DNA of 64,000 nucleotides, from the NCBI RefSeq assembly GCF_023055435.1, contig NW_025964372.1:41106001-41170000 (forward strand), in the 5' to 3' direction. The DNA is from Haliotis rufescens (taxonomy: Eukaryota). The position numbers and the translations under genes were made by a program. Below, in pieces: positions 1-13,460 of this stretch. Each line of letters opens with the position of its first letter. Position 1 is the stretch's first letter. The notes beneath the pieces are model-generated. The model had not been told where the DNA came from. It was given only the letters and a program-made list of their open reading frames with translations, and searched no databases.

Positions 1-497
1 ACTTGTGACAAAGACCCAAGGGATGTCTCTTACTTGAGCACACTGGAAGGTTTAAAAGCCCTCAAGGCCAGTGAGTAAAGTATCCTGAGTAATAGATGCA
101 CCAGTCTGCATTCTAGATGCTGTGGATGAAGAGGTGCTGTATCAGCTGCACTGATCAGCTGTGTAACATGTGCACTTCCACACACCACAACCACATCAAA
201 ACAGCAGACTAACACAGCATCAGCTTGTTTTTTGCTCTTATCAGTTAGGGATTGATTGCAAACTGTTTTGTTGCAACTTCTATATTAACTCTTTCTTACC
301 AAAATAAAACATGTTATTATCAACATGCATCATAATAAAAATATACAGATGAGTACCGGTAAGCTTCTTAATTTTAAAGTTAGTGTTAATCTGATTAACA
401 TCTAAACATCAACCGTACTAAAAAATAAATACCAGACATGCAAACAAACCTTATCTGCACCACATTTAGTACACTGGATTCAACAAAAGTACATTGC

Positions 498-944
498 TAG
501 GGATCATTCCGGGAATTTTCAGATGTGGGCCCATTTAGCAGTGAGTGAGTGAGTGAGTTGGGTTTAATACCGTTTTTAACATTATTCCAGTTATATCACG
601 GCGTGTCATCTTAATGTGGGAGGAAAGCCTGAAGTGTTGCAGGTCTCAGATGTTTACCACTTCGGTGAAACCCACGAGCATGGGTATGGTGGTGACAAAC
701 CTAGAAACATAATCGGGGCGAACTGGGATTCGAACACACAATCATTGGTTTCTGGCGTGCCCAAGGGATGCAACTCTGCCACCCGTGCCTCTTCTTCCCC
801 CCTCCCCTCTAATGGAACAATTTCTATGTGTTCTATGTGATCCCTATATAATACAATGTCATTAAGCCCCACTACATTTGAAAATGAGGGCCTTTTTAGA
901 TATATGGGCCAGAAGCCCAAGGGCCCTTCCTAGAATTTCCCTTG
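498..944 (-). mobile_element. MITE family M6 (hAT6-like, 6-bp TSD) with a nested SINE-C
   Basis: Reverse-oriented homolog of 4375-4547 and 20323-20506; flanked by CATTGC on both sides; interrupted at about 540-800 by SINE-C. Confidence 0.75.
541..790 (-). mobile_element. SINE-C (tRNA-Leu-like head, internal deletion in head)
   Basis: (GAGT)n tail and body shared with 5550-5823. Confidence 0.85.
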
Positions 945-2112
945 CATTGCACTCTGTCATGTAGGGTAGCAGCGTAGTCTGTCATACAGACTCTGAAACA
1001 AATATATACACTACAGCCCATGCCAGTCTATAATGTTTGCCAAGTCTAGGCTACTGCAAAGAAGAAAGTATCTGAGCCTTCTGATAATATTTTATAACTG
1101 TAATTAAACATCTGTTTTTTCTGTAAAATATGTTCATTTCAGAGTCTAGATGTTAGTCTAGGAAGCAGCGAAGCACTGGTTGATGATGACGACAATGTCA
1201 CATGGCAAAGGATAGACTACACTGAGCTCCATGTCTTCATAAATAAAATTAGATGTACTGAATGGACTTAAAGTCTGAATGATAGAGGTGAATGAACTGC
1301 ACTGATCTCCGTGCTCAAAACATTTACAACTACATAGAGATGTACTGATTGTACTTAAGGCAGTCCACACGTGTACTAGCATGGCTTATACAACTCACAG
1401 CTGCTGCTAACAGTACATTATTTATCATTTAAACCTAGTAAGGAGATTAAACCGTAAAATTTCACTGAGTTAAAGAAGTTAAAACCACTTTAACCGTTAT
1501 TTATGATAAAACACATACAAGACCTAAGTGGCACACGCTGTTCATCCATATTGTATTAGGAAAACTCCTTAAGTTAATACACAGTTTCTGCTTTGCCACT
1601 TGTACAAATCTGAACCAACAGCTGTGTTGCTCTTCAGGTGTAAAGAACTTTCCTAATTAGACAACTTACACCTGACATAATGAGGCGTGTTGTTATGCGG
1701 TACATGCTGGGATAACAACTCGTCTTCATCACTGCTATTCCCTTTGGACAGATTTTACTTTTACAGAAGCCTTGAAACAACTTGTTCTGAGGTTTCGGAA
1801 TAGTTGTTATTCTGTTGAGCATGGCCCTGGCAGGTACCATAGCAATATATAACACGGAATCATTTAAACAATGCCAGTATTTTACAAGGTGCCTTCCCTC
1901 GAAGATGTATATCAACATGCTTATCATAAACTCACCTATTTGAAAATGTGTCAAGACTGAATACAAGGAATAAACAACATAAGTATTTGAGGTCTAGTGT
2001 TTTCAGATTATTTAGTTTAACATTCTCGTATTTCTTCGGATTTGTTCACTCTCATGAGCATGTGTGGTCTTTGACAACTTCCACCAATACTCATCAATAA
2101 GTTGGCTGTGGA

Positions 2113-2232
2113 ATGTGAGTGACATGGGGACACCAGAAATGGGCTTCACACATTGTAGCTATGTGGGCAATCGAACCCGGGTCCTTGGTGTGACGAGCGA
2201 ATGCTTTAACCACTAGACTACCCAACCACCCC
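2113..2232 (-). mobile_element. SINE-A (tRNA-Asp-like head), tail stem-loop deleted
   Basis: B-box GGTTCGATT on minus strand; imperfect TSD ctgtggaatgtgag/ctatggaatttgag. Confidence 0.85.
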
Positions 2233-3190
2233 TATGGAATTTGAGCAAGATAGAAAAAGTACTACACTGAGCTACAAAACCTGGCAAGGATTGGTTTGAT
2301 GTGTCACAGTTGCCCAACTATCATGAATAATCATAGGGTCATCGATATGTCACATTTGGACACTAAGAACGAACATCAGCATTAGTTCTCACACCAATAG
2401 TACACCCAACACTGAAAGGACTGTAATCTAACTTCATAATGCAGGAACCGTATAAAACATTTTATTTTATTTTACTGTAGCAGATAGCATGTACCAATCG
2501 ACAAACGACAAATAAAAAAATACAATCTAAATTATCTCAAAAAATCTTTTGGGTATAAGGAAAGAAAATTGGTCTCATAGCTGAACTTTCTAATCTTCAA
2601 ACAAGCCTTTGACAGATCAATAGAGCATTGTGTAGACATCAAAGGAGATTTGAAATCTGTACTTGAGATCATTTATTATACCATAGAGGGAAACAATAGT
2701 CCCCTGCTGCTCTAAGCACAAAAAATAGAAAACAATTTCCTCCAATATACAGCCCCAACATTACTCTTAATAAGGCTGATGAGCCTGTGAGGACTTTTGA
2801 TGTATGTAAAATCTGGACTGGCCATCACAAGATGGTCATAGCGGGCTCCCCTGGGAAGGCCTCAGGTAGAGCGTCTAGACAAGATGCTTTAATCCTAGCA
2901 GGAAACTAATTATCACTATGTATTAATACCTTAATAAATGCAAGATAAAACATGACCTGGAGCCTCTGTTGGTTTGTTTCTAGGTTTGTGTGTTCTTCAA
3001 GGTTCGTGGCTGACAAAGATGTCCTTACATTTTCTTTTAATGTCAAAGTCCATATGCATGACTTATAAGAGCATAAAATATTTCAAAGAAGTCAAGATGG
3101 AGAAACATGGTTTTGGGACTCCAGATCGGGCATTGTGGTTCGCCTTTTATCAAGATTATTTTATTTATTTACATTTAACCCAGCCCATAT

Positions 3191-3451
3191 TTTTGTTTGT
3201 TGTTTAAAGCCGCACTCGGCAATAATCCAGCTATATGACGGCGGTCTGTAAATAATCGAGTCTGGACCAGACAATCCAGTGATTGACATCATGAGCATCG
3301 ATCCACGCCATTGGGACACGATCACATGCACCAACCAAGTCAGCGAGCATGACCACCCGATCCCGTTAGTCACTTCTTACAACAAGCATAGTCCCTTTTT
3401 ACGGCAAGCATGGGTTGCTGAAGATGTATTCTACCCCGGATCTTCACGGGT
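3191..3451 (-). mobile_element. Family B non-autonomous retroposon, full length
   Basis: Matches about 17 other copies; TSD ccagcccatat. Confidence 0.9.
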
Positions 3452-3629
3452 CCAGCCCATATGTTACATTTGTAGCATGTGTTGTAATGGGTAGTGAATG
3501 AGTGATTGTCAGACATAATGGATGATACTGCAACTGAAAAAATATTCAATACCAACCTACAGAACAATTTCAAATCATAAAAGTACTCCACACAAATTGA
3601 ATTGACAATGACCTAGCATGCTTGAGTTT

Positions 3630-3826
3630 TGTTTAGAGGCCCTTTGTTGAACAGTATTTCATATCACTGTGCGTCATCTTGATGTGTGAGGTAAGCCCAA
3701 AGTGATACAGGTCTAAGACATTTACCATTCTGGTGAAAGCCACATGCTCAAGGATGATAAAGTGTTCTGGAATTGGAACCCACAATCAAAGCATCCTGGC
3801 ACGCCAAAGGGACGCAACTATGCACA
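3630..3826 (-). mobile_element. SINE-C, diverged
   Basis: Colinear similarity to 5550-5823. Confidence 0.7.
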
Positions 3827-4374
3827 ATGAAATGTTCCACATGACATCTGGCATCTGTTGTGCTCTGTGCAGAATTTACCAGATAACTACATAACCACTT
3901 CGCTCTGTTATCTCAACAACCCTACCATATGCTCATCACAAATCCACTCTGCCTTTTGGCAACAATTTATACTGATGCAGTTTTAAGCCAAGAGCTTTCT
4001 ACTTTTTATCAAAACTGATAACCAGCATAGTGGTAGGAGCATTGTAAATGCTGTAGTCAGAAGGTCGTAATAATGGCTCTCACAGGAGTCCATCTTGAAA
4101 ATATATCTGTCAGACTTTTGACCTTGATGAAAGAAGATTGCTGGTGAAAATAGCAAAATGGGTAACTTTACTGATAACAGAGGTAATGTAATATATGGAA
4201 TAGGGGCTCATCAAAATAGCTGGAGGTTCCTTGTAGATAAGGTTGTAGATGGAAAACGCTGTTGTTTTGATTACACAGATTTCAAGAACTGCTGGTCAAA
4301 AGCCAAAAAAGTTAATCCATGAACTTGCAGATGACTAATATACTTTCGAAAAGAACACAATGAAGTAATAGGGT

Positions 4375-4547
4375 CAGGGATAATTCTAGGGTGGGGCCTT
4401 GTGCTTTTAAGCCTAATATTGGAAAAAAGGTGCACATTTTCAAATACAGTGGGGCATTTTAGCATTGTACTGTATGGGCGTACCTCTGGAATATTTGAAA
4501 TTTTCACATAAAGGGCCCATGTCAGAAAATTCCAAGAGTGAACCCTG
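4375..4547 (+). mobile_element. MITE family M6 (hAT6-like)
   Basis: Termini CAGGGATAATTCTAGG...CCAAGAGTGAACCCTG; flanks TAGGGT/TATGGT (5/6 match). Confidence 0.75.
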
Positions 4548-4659
4548 TATGGTGATAAAAAACCTCATGTCATTCAAGTAGGGGGACCCATTATTTCTTA
4601 GGAGAAGTTGCAAACATAAAGGTAAAGAGGCAGAATGGAAACACTGTCTTGCATGAACT

Positions 4660-5545
4660 TGATGTCAGCTTAGTATGAACCTGACCAGCCTGGAGTGGAT
4701 GTCAACTTGGTATGAACCTGACCAGTCTGGAGTGTATGTCAGCATGGTATGAACCTGACCAGTCTGGAGTGTATGTCAACTTGGTATGAACCTGACCAGC
4801 AGCATGGTATGAACCTGACCAGCCTGGAGTGTATGTCAGCATGGTATGAACCTGACCAGTCTGGAGTGTATGTCAGCATGGTATGAACCTGACCAGTCTG
4901 GAGTGTATGTCAGCATGGTATGAACCTGACCAGCCTGGAGTGTATGTCAGCATGGTATGAACCTGACCAGTCAGGAGTGTATGTCAGCATGGTATGAACC
5001 TGACCAGTCTGGAGTGTATGTCAGCATGGTATGAACCTGACCAGCCTGGAGTGTATGTCAGCATGGTATGAACCTGACCAGCCTGGAGTGTATGTCAGCA
5101 TGGTATGAACCTGACCAGCCTGGAGTGTATGTCAGCATGGTATGAACCTGACCAGCCTGGAGTGTATGTCAACTTGGTATGAACCTGACCTGCCTGGAGT
5201 GTATGTCAGCATGGTATGAACCTGACCAGTCTGGAGTGTATGTCAGCATGGTATGAACCTGACCAGTCTGGAGTGTATGTCAGCATGGTATGAACCTGAC
5301 CAGTCTGGAGTGGATGTCAGCATGGTATGAACCTGACCAGCCTGGAGTGTATGTCAGCATGGTATGAACCTGACCAGCCTGGAGTGGATGTCAACTTGGT
5401 ATGAACCTGACCAGTCTGGAGTGTATGTCAGCATGGTATGAACCTGACCAGCCTGGAGTGTATGTCAGCATGGTATGAACCTGACCTGCCTGGAATGGAT
5501 GTAAGCTTGGTATGAACCTGACCAGCCTCGAGCGGATGTTAACAA
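4660..5545. repeat. Minisatellite, 37-bp unit GTATGAACCTGACCAGCCTGGAGTGTATGTCAGCATG, about 23-24 copies
   Basis: Direct periodicity (4747, 4784); one deleted unit near 4800. Confidence 0.97.
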
Positions 5546-5549
5546 GGTT

Positions 5550-5823
5550 GAGTGAGTGAGTTGGGTTTAACACTGCTTTTAACAGTATTCCAGTTATATC
5601 GTGGTGTGTCAGCTTAAAAAGGAAAGCCCAAAGTGATGCAGGTCTCAGACGTTTACCACTTCGGTGAAACCCACGAGCACAGGTATGGTGCTGACAAACC
5701 TAGAAACATAATCGAGGCAAACCGGGATTTGAACCCACAATCATAGATTTCTGGCGTGTCCAAGGGACGCAAGTCTGCACAGTGAATCGGGGTGCCTAAG
5801 ACGACTGGGCCACCCATGCCCCC
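5550..5823 (-). mobile_element. SINE-C, full length
   Basis: Head GGGGCATGGGTGGCCCAGTCGTCTTAGGC...GGGTTCAAATCCC; (CACT)n tail; 13-bp TSD ttaacaaggttga. Confidence 0.92.
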
Positions 5824-5844
5824 TTAACAAGGTTGAATCTGAGC

Positions 5845-5985
5845 AGCCTCATAATTGATATTATGAGCAACAATCCATGCCCTTGGGTTTACGATGACAT
5901 GCAGCGAACCAAGTCACCGAACCTGACCCCATGAGCCACATACAACCAGCATAGGTTGCTGGGGACCGATTCTAACCCAGAATCC
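5845..5985 (-). mobile_element. Family B, highly diverged
   Basis: cgatgacatgc..ccaagtcac..cctgacc..gcataggttgctg..ttctaaccc motifs in order. Confidence 0.6.
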
Positions 5986-6239
5986 ACACAAGGATTAGAT
6001 TTACTTAACATTAACATGTAACAAAGAGGTAATTATTGTTGGGAGTCGAAAGTCGTCATTTAATAATTTTCCATTTCTCTGGAAGGTTTGTGATATAAGA
6101 GCACCACAAACAGGGTGACAATTTAATCCAACAAGTTATCTACAATGCAACCACAAATCTCTTTATCTTGTAGAGAACACACTGGAGTTGATATATAGGT
6201 ATGTTATAAAGGGAACAGTTGTTCCACAATCTCATCAAG

Positions 6240-6700
6240 CTTTACATGATAAACAGGAGGGTTTATGTGAGGAATGAAAAAAACTTTATGTGAGAAACAG
6301 GAGGGTTTATGTGGAGGATGAAAAAAACTTGACGTGATAAACAGGAGGGTTTAAGTGAGGGATACAAAAAAGTTTACTTGAGAAACAAGAGGGTTTATGT
6401 GAGGGATACAAAAAAGTTTACGTGAGAAACAGGAGCGAGTATGGTTTTATGCTGCTTTTAGCAATATTCCAGCAATATCAAGGCAGGGGACACCAGAAAT
6501 GGGCTTCATACATTGTACCGATTTGGAGAATTGAAACCAGGTCTTTGGCGTGATGAGCGAACTTGACTACCATCCCTGATAAACAGGAGGGTTCATGTGA
6601 GGGATGCAGGACACTTTACATGATAAACAGTAGTGTTCAATTGACAGCTGCAAGAATCTTTACATGAATGAAAAAAAGATGTGATTATGTGAGAAATGTA
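6240..6700. repeat. Degenerate ~42-bp minisatellite (tgataaacaggagggtttatgtgagg...), interrupted by SINE-A; related units resume near 7465-7595
   Basis: Repeated aaacaggagggttt motif. Confidence 0.8.
6433..6576 (-). mobile_element. SINE-A inserted in minisatellite
   Basis: Family consensus; flanks tgagaaacaggag/tgataaacaggag. Confidence 0.85.
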
Positions 6701-6711
6701 AAACTCTACAG

Positions 6712-7410
6712 CAGGGCGAGAAAAATCCACTCGTCTGCTCGTATTGACGAGTGGCAGCATGCGCATGGCAAGAAGGTAGTGAAGAAACACTTTTCCTACA
6801 TTGCAGTTACTTCAAAACGCATCAATTCATCTCTAATCATTTTCAATACGATATGCAGGATCATTTCGAAACCTAAAATACATATTATTTCTTAAACATT
6901 CGTAGTTATAATAACGAACTACATGTCGCTCATATCATAAATAGAAGCCATACTTTGCAACTGAAGGTTGAAGAAAAAAATAAAAAGTGAGTTTGCGCAC
7001 ATCTTGAAAATATTTTTCAAAGGCATGCAATCATATTTATTTTTGGTGTAAGCGACTAATTTGATACTAATTCTCAAATGTCACAGTAAAGGTGAATGAT
7101 GTTATGAGGGTAATAGCTGTTCTTAATCGGGAATAATGGGGTTGATGAGAAGGGGAAAAAAAACAGGCTTAAAAATTAATTTATTCTTTAAAAACCAGTA
7201 TGACTGTAAAAAATTCCTGGCTGAATGATGTTAAATGGGCAGAGATGAATGTAGGTAGCAATGAATTATTTTGTCTGTCATAAATACCCTCAACTCAAAG
7301 GTTAATTACAGAAAATGTTAATAATAACTGAGAACATAAAATTGTATAAAATTTAGCAGGCCAAGTGAAAATATTGCAGGACGAGCACAAAATAATATCT
7401 ACTTGCCCTG
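6712..7410. mobile_element. Probable non-autonomous hAT-like DNA transposon
   Basis: Termini CAGGGCGAG...CTTGCCCTG, subterminal CTCGTC/GACGAG motifs, splits the 42-bp array; TSD not clear. Confidence 0.45.
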
Positions 7411-8404
7411 CAGGATAAGTTGGGATGAGGTCAGTAGGTCCATGTGACATGCAAGGACCCTTACAAGGGAAACAGGAGGGTTTATGTGAGACATACAAGC
7501 ACCACCCAAGATGTCAGGAGGGTTCTAAGAGATGTAAAACTTTACATGAAAAACAGGGTTTAAGTGCAAGTAACTTTAAGTGTGAGAAACATGTCGTTTT
7601 TGCACAAGAGACACTAGTTGTCAATTCATTTTGAACAGTTCTTGAATGAAAATGCACACAGTTACTGCTTAGTTTCAGAAAGAGGGCAGACAATTCTATC
7701 CTCTATGAACTTGCTAGACAGAGCCCACCCAGTCAAGTCTTCCTGTTTGTATTCGGCCCTGCCTTGTGCCCAACATTCTGTAAAATTAAGCCCTGGTGGA
7801 ATTTCCAGAGTATGGGGAACAGTTGCTGTGAATCAAGGTTATTCAATGTCTTTCAGTACAAAACCTATTATCCTCAAAGGCAGGGATTGACTTAATCACT
7901 TAGGTCTTGATTCCGCGATATTCTTGCATAGTTGTCATAGACATCAACATTCGCATCAACATTCATTCAGCACAAATGAAAATCGCGTCATCTTTCAAAA
8001 GTTTTATCTGCACTGACATTCTCATTTTCACCTACAAACATCGAAAATGTCATATTGCTTAAATAAAATTAACTACCATACCTAAAAATGTCAATAAAAA
8101 AATGACACGATATATTCAATCGTCAAAAGTTGTCAATCAAAACAACGATTTGCATACTCGCAACACTGCATGCTATCTCTTAATGTGCACAACTGATTCC
8201 TATACTGCATGGAGCTTTGCATCAGCTGACAATGCTGGAGTGTGCAACCTTTTTTCTATATCTGATTGGCAAAACAAGTGTTTGTTTTCACAACATAAAC
8301 ACTTTGGTAGCGCACGAACATCTTATTCAGTGATCTACAACACAAAGTCATTCAGCATATTTTTGTTCACTTAAATCCTAGCAGAAATCAAAGACACACA
8401 TATA

Positions 8405-9185
8405 CAGTCAAGACATCACGTTAATCCGACACTCGTTAATCCGACACTAATTATGGGAACCGATTAAATCAGTGCTATTTAGATCCGTTAATCCGACACA
8501 CCTAATTTGCAAAGAAATCCCTAAATCACTCATTAATCAGTCTCGTTAATCTGACACAGTGATCAGCGTACTCCGTGGTCATCTCCCCTCGTTACACATG
8601 TTTTGAAGAGAAACGAGTCGGCTGGTACCTGCATATTACAACGGCTGCAGAGATAGCTTGCTAAACAATAAACAATTAATGCTCTAAGTAAACAAAACAG
8701 GATTAATTACATGCCTAGATTACCTCAATATCTTTAAAATCAGATACAAATTCTCGCTACTGCTGAGGACATCCCATTACAGGTCACGACAGAATGACCT
8801 TTTGTGAACTTTGACCGACCAATGAAATGACCAACGGGAAGTCGTTTTCTTGAGCTTTGTGGCACAAGTTTCAAACTGGGGACTTCCATTCCAGATAAAA
8901 AAAAATTAAATATTTTGAATCAGTCATACAGCCCATAGCCGTAGTGTGTTAAGCTTTATAATTTGCATGATTAGAAATCAGATTCTGCTAACAATGTAAC
9001 AAAACAATATGAATATTTAATTTTTCATTTTTTTTATTAAAACGTGTTTGTATCATTATCTATTGTGAAGTTGTCTGATTTTCAATCACGAATGCTGACG
9101 CAACTTAATTTCGTTTATCCGACATACTCATTAATCCGACATAATCATATGCAACCAACCATGTCGGATTAACAGGATTTGACTG
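8405..9185. mobile_element. Tc1/mariner(pogo)-type non-autonomous element
   Basis: TA|CAGTCAA...TTGACTG|TA; repeated subterminal TTAATCCGACA and its inverse TGTCGGATTAA. Confidence 0.85.
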
Positions 9186-11074
9186 TATGTACGTCCATTC
9201 AGAAATCAAGAGAAAAAAGGCAATCATTGGTAAGGTTTCAAAACACATGCAAATTTTGATTTTGGAAAGACAACAAAACAAAACCTAAATGAATATAACT
9301 ACAACTCTTTCTCCATTAGAATATACAAATTTCAGATTACAAACGATCATATTTTAGATGAAATTCTCTTAGTCTTTAGATAACTGGTTTTCATGAACGC
9401 ACCCTCCTGCAAGAATGGCCACCGTGCATGAATTACAAATTTTGAACAATTTCTAGTGGCCAAACAGCGAGTTGGCGATTTTTTAGATACGTTTGCTTCC
9501 AGATTTGTCCATATTTATTGAAAACTGTAACTTAATCATTCAAATGCAACTAACAAACATCACAATTGTTAACAGTCTTTTCAACTTCCGGTTACATTTT
9601 CTGGCTGATGCACATGGCAAACACAGTGCCTTCTGTTGGAAATAAATGACTTAATTGTTGCTAATTAAACAAAAGGGTGAGCAATAGTCATTGTATAATG
9701 AACGGTCACTTATGATCAGTTAAAAAGCCCTTATTGATAGATTTCATTTCATACGGTCAGAGACCCGGTCTTTGATTCAGTATACACTACAGATGGAAAT
9801 AAGACAGCGAAATTGACGAAAGCACTGGAATGTAAATAATATATTTTGTGCCAACTAACTGAAACACCATTTTCAACAGTCGCAATTTTATGTAAATCAC
9901 TTTGAAAATATTAAATTACGATCTTAACATTGTCAAAGCCCTACAAATTTGATAACTGCAGATTGTTGTCTCCTGCATGCCATCAACATGAACAGCCGAT
10001 GGTGGTAAACATACCTCCTAAACGATCTATAATTGTCCTCACGAATTAAGTCGTCAATGAACAAAACTACATAAATATTATCTCCTAAAGTACACAATGA
10101 ACAGAAATATAAATACTAATGCATTGTTGTAATACTTTTTAACTATTCGCAGGGGAATAATTCATGATTGAAAATATATCAATATAATCTAGTAACATTA
10201 ATTGCAACATAATTTGAGTCACAAATACCAAAAATCAAATACAGTTTCCACTGTGTGAAGACGAAATATCTCTAAAAATTAGCAAAATCTCATCACAGGC
10301 CAAAAAATCTCATTGCTTTTGAACCAGGGGAGATTTTCTCTCATATGTGAACACTTCCAAGGTATCATAACAGTTGCAATCTTGGGAAAAACAATGTCCA
10401 CCAAATTTGTCTATACAGTATATAAAACTATAAACATAAAGGAGCAATCTGGCAACAAAATGCCACAATGAAACACAATTTCCTTCATTTCAAACCTTAA
10501 TCTATACAAATATCTGAGCAAAATTGAATATCATTATTTTATGAATTCATTCACTGTAATGGATAAATAGTTTGTTTTACAGCTTTTGATCAAATATGGT
10601 CTGTAGCTATTGTATATATGGCAATTACTTTGACATTAACATTTCGTTCTGAGAGATTCATGTTCAATCAAGTCTGTCCAAATACCAAGTTTAATAGGGC
10701 TAAAGATTAATGCACCATAACCAGATGGAGTTTTCTTGAATGACAAGCAATCAAAAGAAGAAAGACTATTGAACAATAACCAAAAACAATCTGGATTCAC
10801 TTTGTTCCAAATCTTTCTGATATAAATGGTAAACTGCAGCTTCCCAATCACTGCCTGCTGTGAGAAACCCCTTGTGTTGTGCGAGGGAAACCTACATCAT
10901 AATAAGCTACGAGATTATTTATGTTGCTTTTAGCGATATTGCATTTCTGTCACTGTTGGGGACACTACTATGTAGGAAATTGAACCTAGGAATGAAGGAA
11001 TGGCATACATGCCTTGCATCACTCTCATAGAACCAACCCTTGAAAGGATTATGAGTGTTCTGCTTGAGAAGCAT

Positions 11075-11670
11075 ACGCAGACCACCTCACTACATGGGTC
11101 ACCTATGTAAAGAGAACACCTCACTACAGAGGTCACCTATAAAAAGAAACCACCTCATTACACAGGTCACCTATAAAAAGAGACCACCTCATTACGCAGG
11201 TCACCTTTATAAAGAGAACACCTCACTGCACAGGTCACCTTTATAAAGAGACCACCTCACTGCACAGGTCACCTTTATAAAGAGACATCCTCACTCCACA
11301 GGCCATTCCAGTTCAAATACCCCCTCAATACACAGACCATCCCACTACACAGGTCACCTATACACACAGAGCACCTCAATACACAAACCATCCCACTGCC
11401 AAGAGCATGTCACCACATTAAGTCCACCTCACTACAAAGAACACCTCACCACAAACCACTTGACCACACATACACCCTCACAAACAGCAAATTCCTACAC
11501 AGACCACCTCACTACAAATTACAATGAGCACCTTAATACACAGACCACCTTTCTACAATGAGCATCTTAATACACAGATCACCTTACTATATACACCACC
11601 CCAGCAGACAGATAACCACACTACACAGTGACACCCATATAATAAATACCAATTCATTACACCTCACCTT
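11075..11670. repeat. ~34-bp minisatellite (agaccacctcactacacaggtcacctataaaaag) decaying rightward
   Basis: About 6 clear units then degenerate CA-rich units. Confidence 0.85.
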
Positions 11671-11875
11671 ACAAAGTCCCCTCACTATCCTGGAGGATTA
11701 ATTGTGTTAATTTTGAAAAAAGTGTCTCATTTTCCAATGAAATTAATTAAAAGAGTAACCCAAAGCCTACGTCAAGATATTTTCAACAAATTCGTTCATC
11801 TTTTCTGCAAAGTCCCTTTTGGAAGAGCATTGTAGGACCACAGCAGTATTGAAAACAGAAGCTTTGTGCTTCACT

Positions 11876-12167
11876 GTTTGTTTGTTTGTTTGTTTGTTTG
11901 TTGCTTAAAGCTGCACTCAGCAATAATCCAGCACTATGACGTCAGGATTTAAATAATCTAGTGATTGACATTGTGAGCATCGGCCTAAACAATTACGGTG
12001 ACACGCATCAACTAAGTCAGCAATCCTGACAACCCGATCCCATTAGTCGCCTCTTGCGACAAGCATAGTCGCCTCTTACGACAAGCTTAGTTGCCTCTTA
12101 CGACAAGCTTAGTTGCCTCTTATGGCAAGCAGGAGTTGCTGAAGACCTAGCCGGATCTTCACGGGTC
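11876..12167 (-). mobile_element. Family B with 4 tandem copies of its 22-bp hairpin unit
   Basis: (GTTT)n tail; tagtcgcctcttacgacaagca-like unit x4 at about 12044-12131; 5' end GACCCGTG. Confidence 0.9.
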
Positions 12168-13040
12168 TCATGCTTCAATGATGGGTCCTATGTCCTGTAT
12201 CTATGAATCATCATACACAATACAATTTTAATCATATTAATGAAAACATTCACAATGTATTCAAATGTTCTTCAGCAAAGGTTAAAGGGAGCAAGGGGAT
12301 TGAGTGAGGTGCATTTGTTATTAATTTTCCTGAGACTGGTAACTAAACATGAAATTAAAGCAACACAAAGGTCACACTGAGCAACTTTCAGCAGATTTGA
12401 CTATCTACTTGAGGTCTGGGACATGGTGGAACATTCACTCCACATGTGTTGGGGAACCAGGATTCCAAAAAGACGAACTCAGTAACACTCTCCAGCACAC
12501 ATTCGCACTCATAATGACTTTTAAATATGGAAAGTCCTTTATGATAATATCATGTCTAATATCTACAGCTATCAATCGTAAAACTTCAAAAGATTGGACA
12601 CATGGTTTGAAGCACATATCTTCCTTGCATCCACCTCTCTCATCTGTGGTTCATCTGTGAAGTCAGCCACCACATTTGGAAGTAGGGGAGACAACTCCTA
12701 CCAACCCCTACCTCCCAAGCCTGCACCTCTTTCATCTGTGACCTCATAAACCTCAAAGTTAAAAGTAGGGGAGACAACTCCAACCTTTCCACTATCTGTG
12801 GTCCATCAGTGATCTCAGCTTGTTCAAAGGAATAATGGGGACAGAAGGAGGTGACTCCCCTATCTCCACCCACAGTATACAAGCACGATACACATTACAT
12901 ACATACATCTTACTATTATCAGCATCATACATATCAAAACTGAATTTTAGGAACCTTGACCTCTTCTCTGTAATAATAATAACCTCATGTCCATTAACAT
13001 GATACTACTTCTTGCAATACATGAAACTTGATGAATATTA

Positions 13041-13196
13041 CAGGATTAGAAACTAACAGTTTTCGTCCACTAGTCCTTATAATGATAACATATAGCAAAA
13101 CCCTTAAAAAGGGTAAATTTCTACTAGTCCTTCTGATACCTTTACCATTGGGCAGTTTGGCAAGGACTATAGGACTAGTGCCAATTTCTAACCCTG
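13041..13196 (+). mobile_element. MITE family M5a (hAT5-like, 5-bp TSD)
   Basis: TIR CAGGATTAGAAA/TTTCTAACCCTG; TSD TATTA; 4 copies in window. Confidence 0.85.
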
Positions 13197-13239
13197 TATT
13201 AAAAGATTCTATGGAATTTTGTGTGGGCGGCTTGTTTTA

Positions 13240-13460
13240 TGTTTTGTTTGTTTGTTTGTTTGTTTCACTCAGCAATATTTCAGCTATATGACAGCAGTCT
13301 GTTTAATAATCGAGTCTGAACCAGACAATCCACTGACTGATATCAAGAGCATCAATCTATTCAATTGGGATACGATGACACGCATCAACCAAGTCAGCGA
13401 GCCTGACATCCCGATCCTGTTAGAGTCCTCTTACAGCAAGCATGGGTTGCAGAAGACCTA
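13240..13460 (-). mobile_element. Family B, single hairpin unit, 5'-truncated
   Basis: Family consensus. Confidence 0.85.

Noticed and set aside
4660-5545. CRISPR-like array (37-bp period); also the 63-, 68-, 69-, 72- and 90-bp arrays
   Set aside because: Units are contiguous with no unique spacers, there are no cas genes, and the context is eukaryotic.
9400-10155. Possible DNA transposon with CCTGC termini
   Set aside because: Terminal inverted match is short and imperfect, and no TSD was found.
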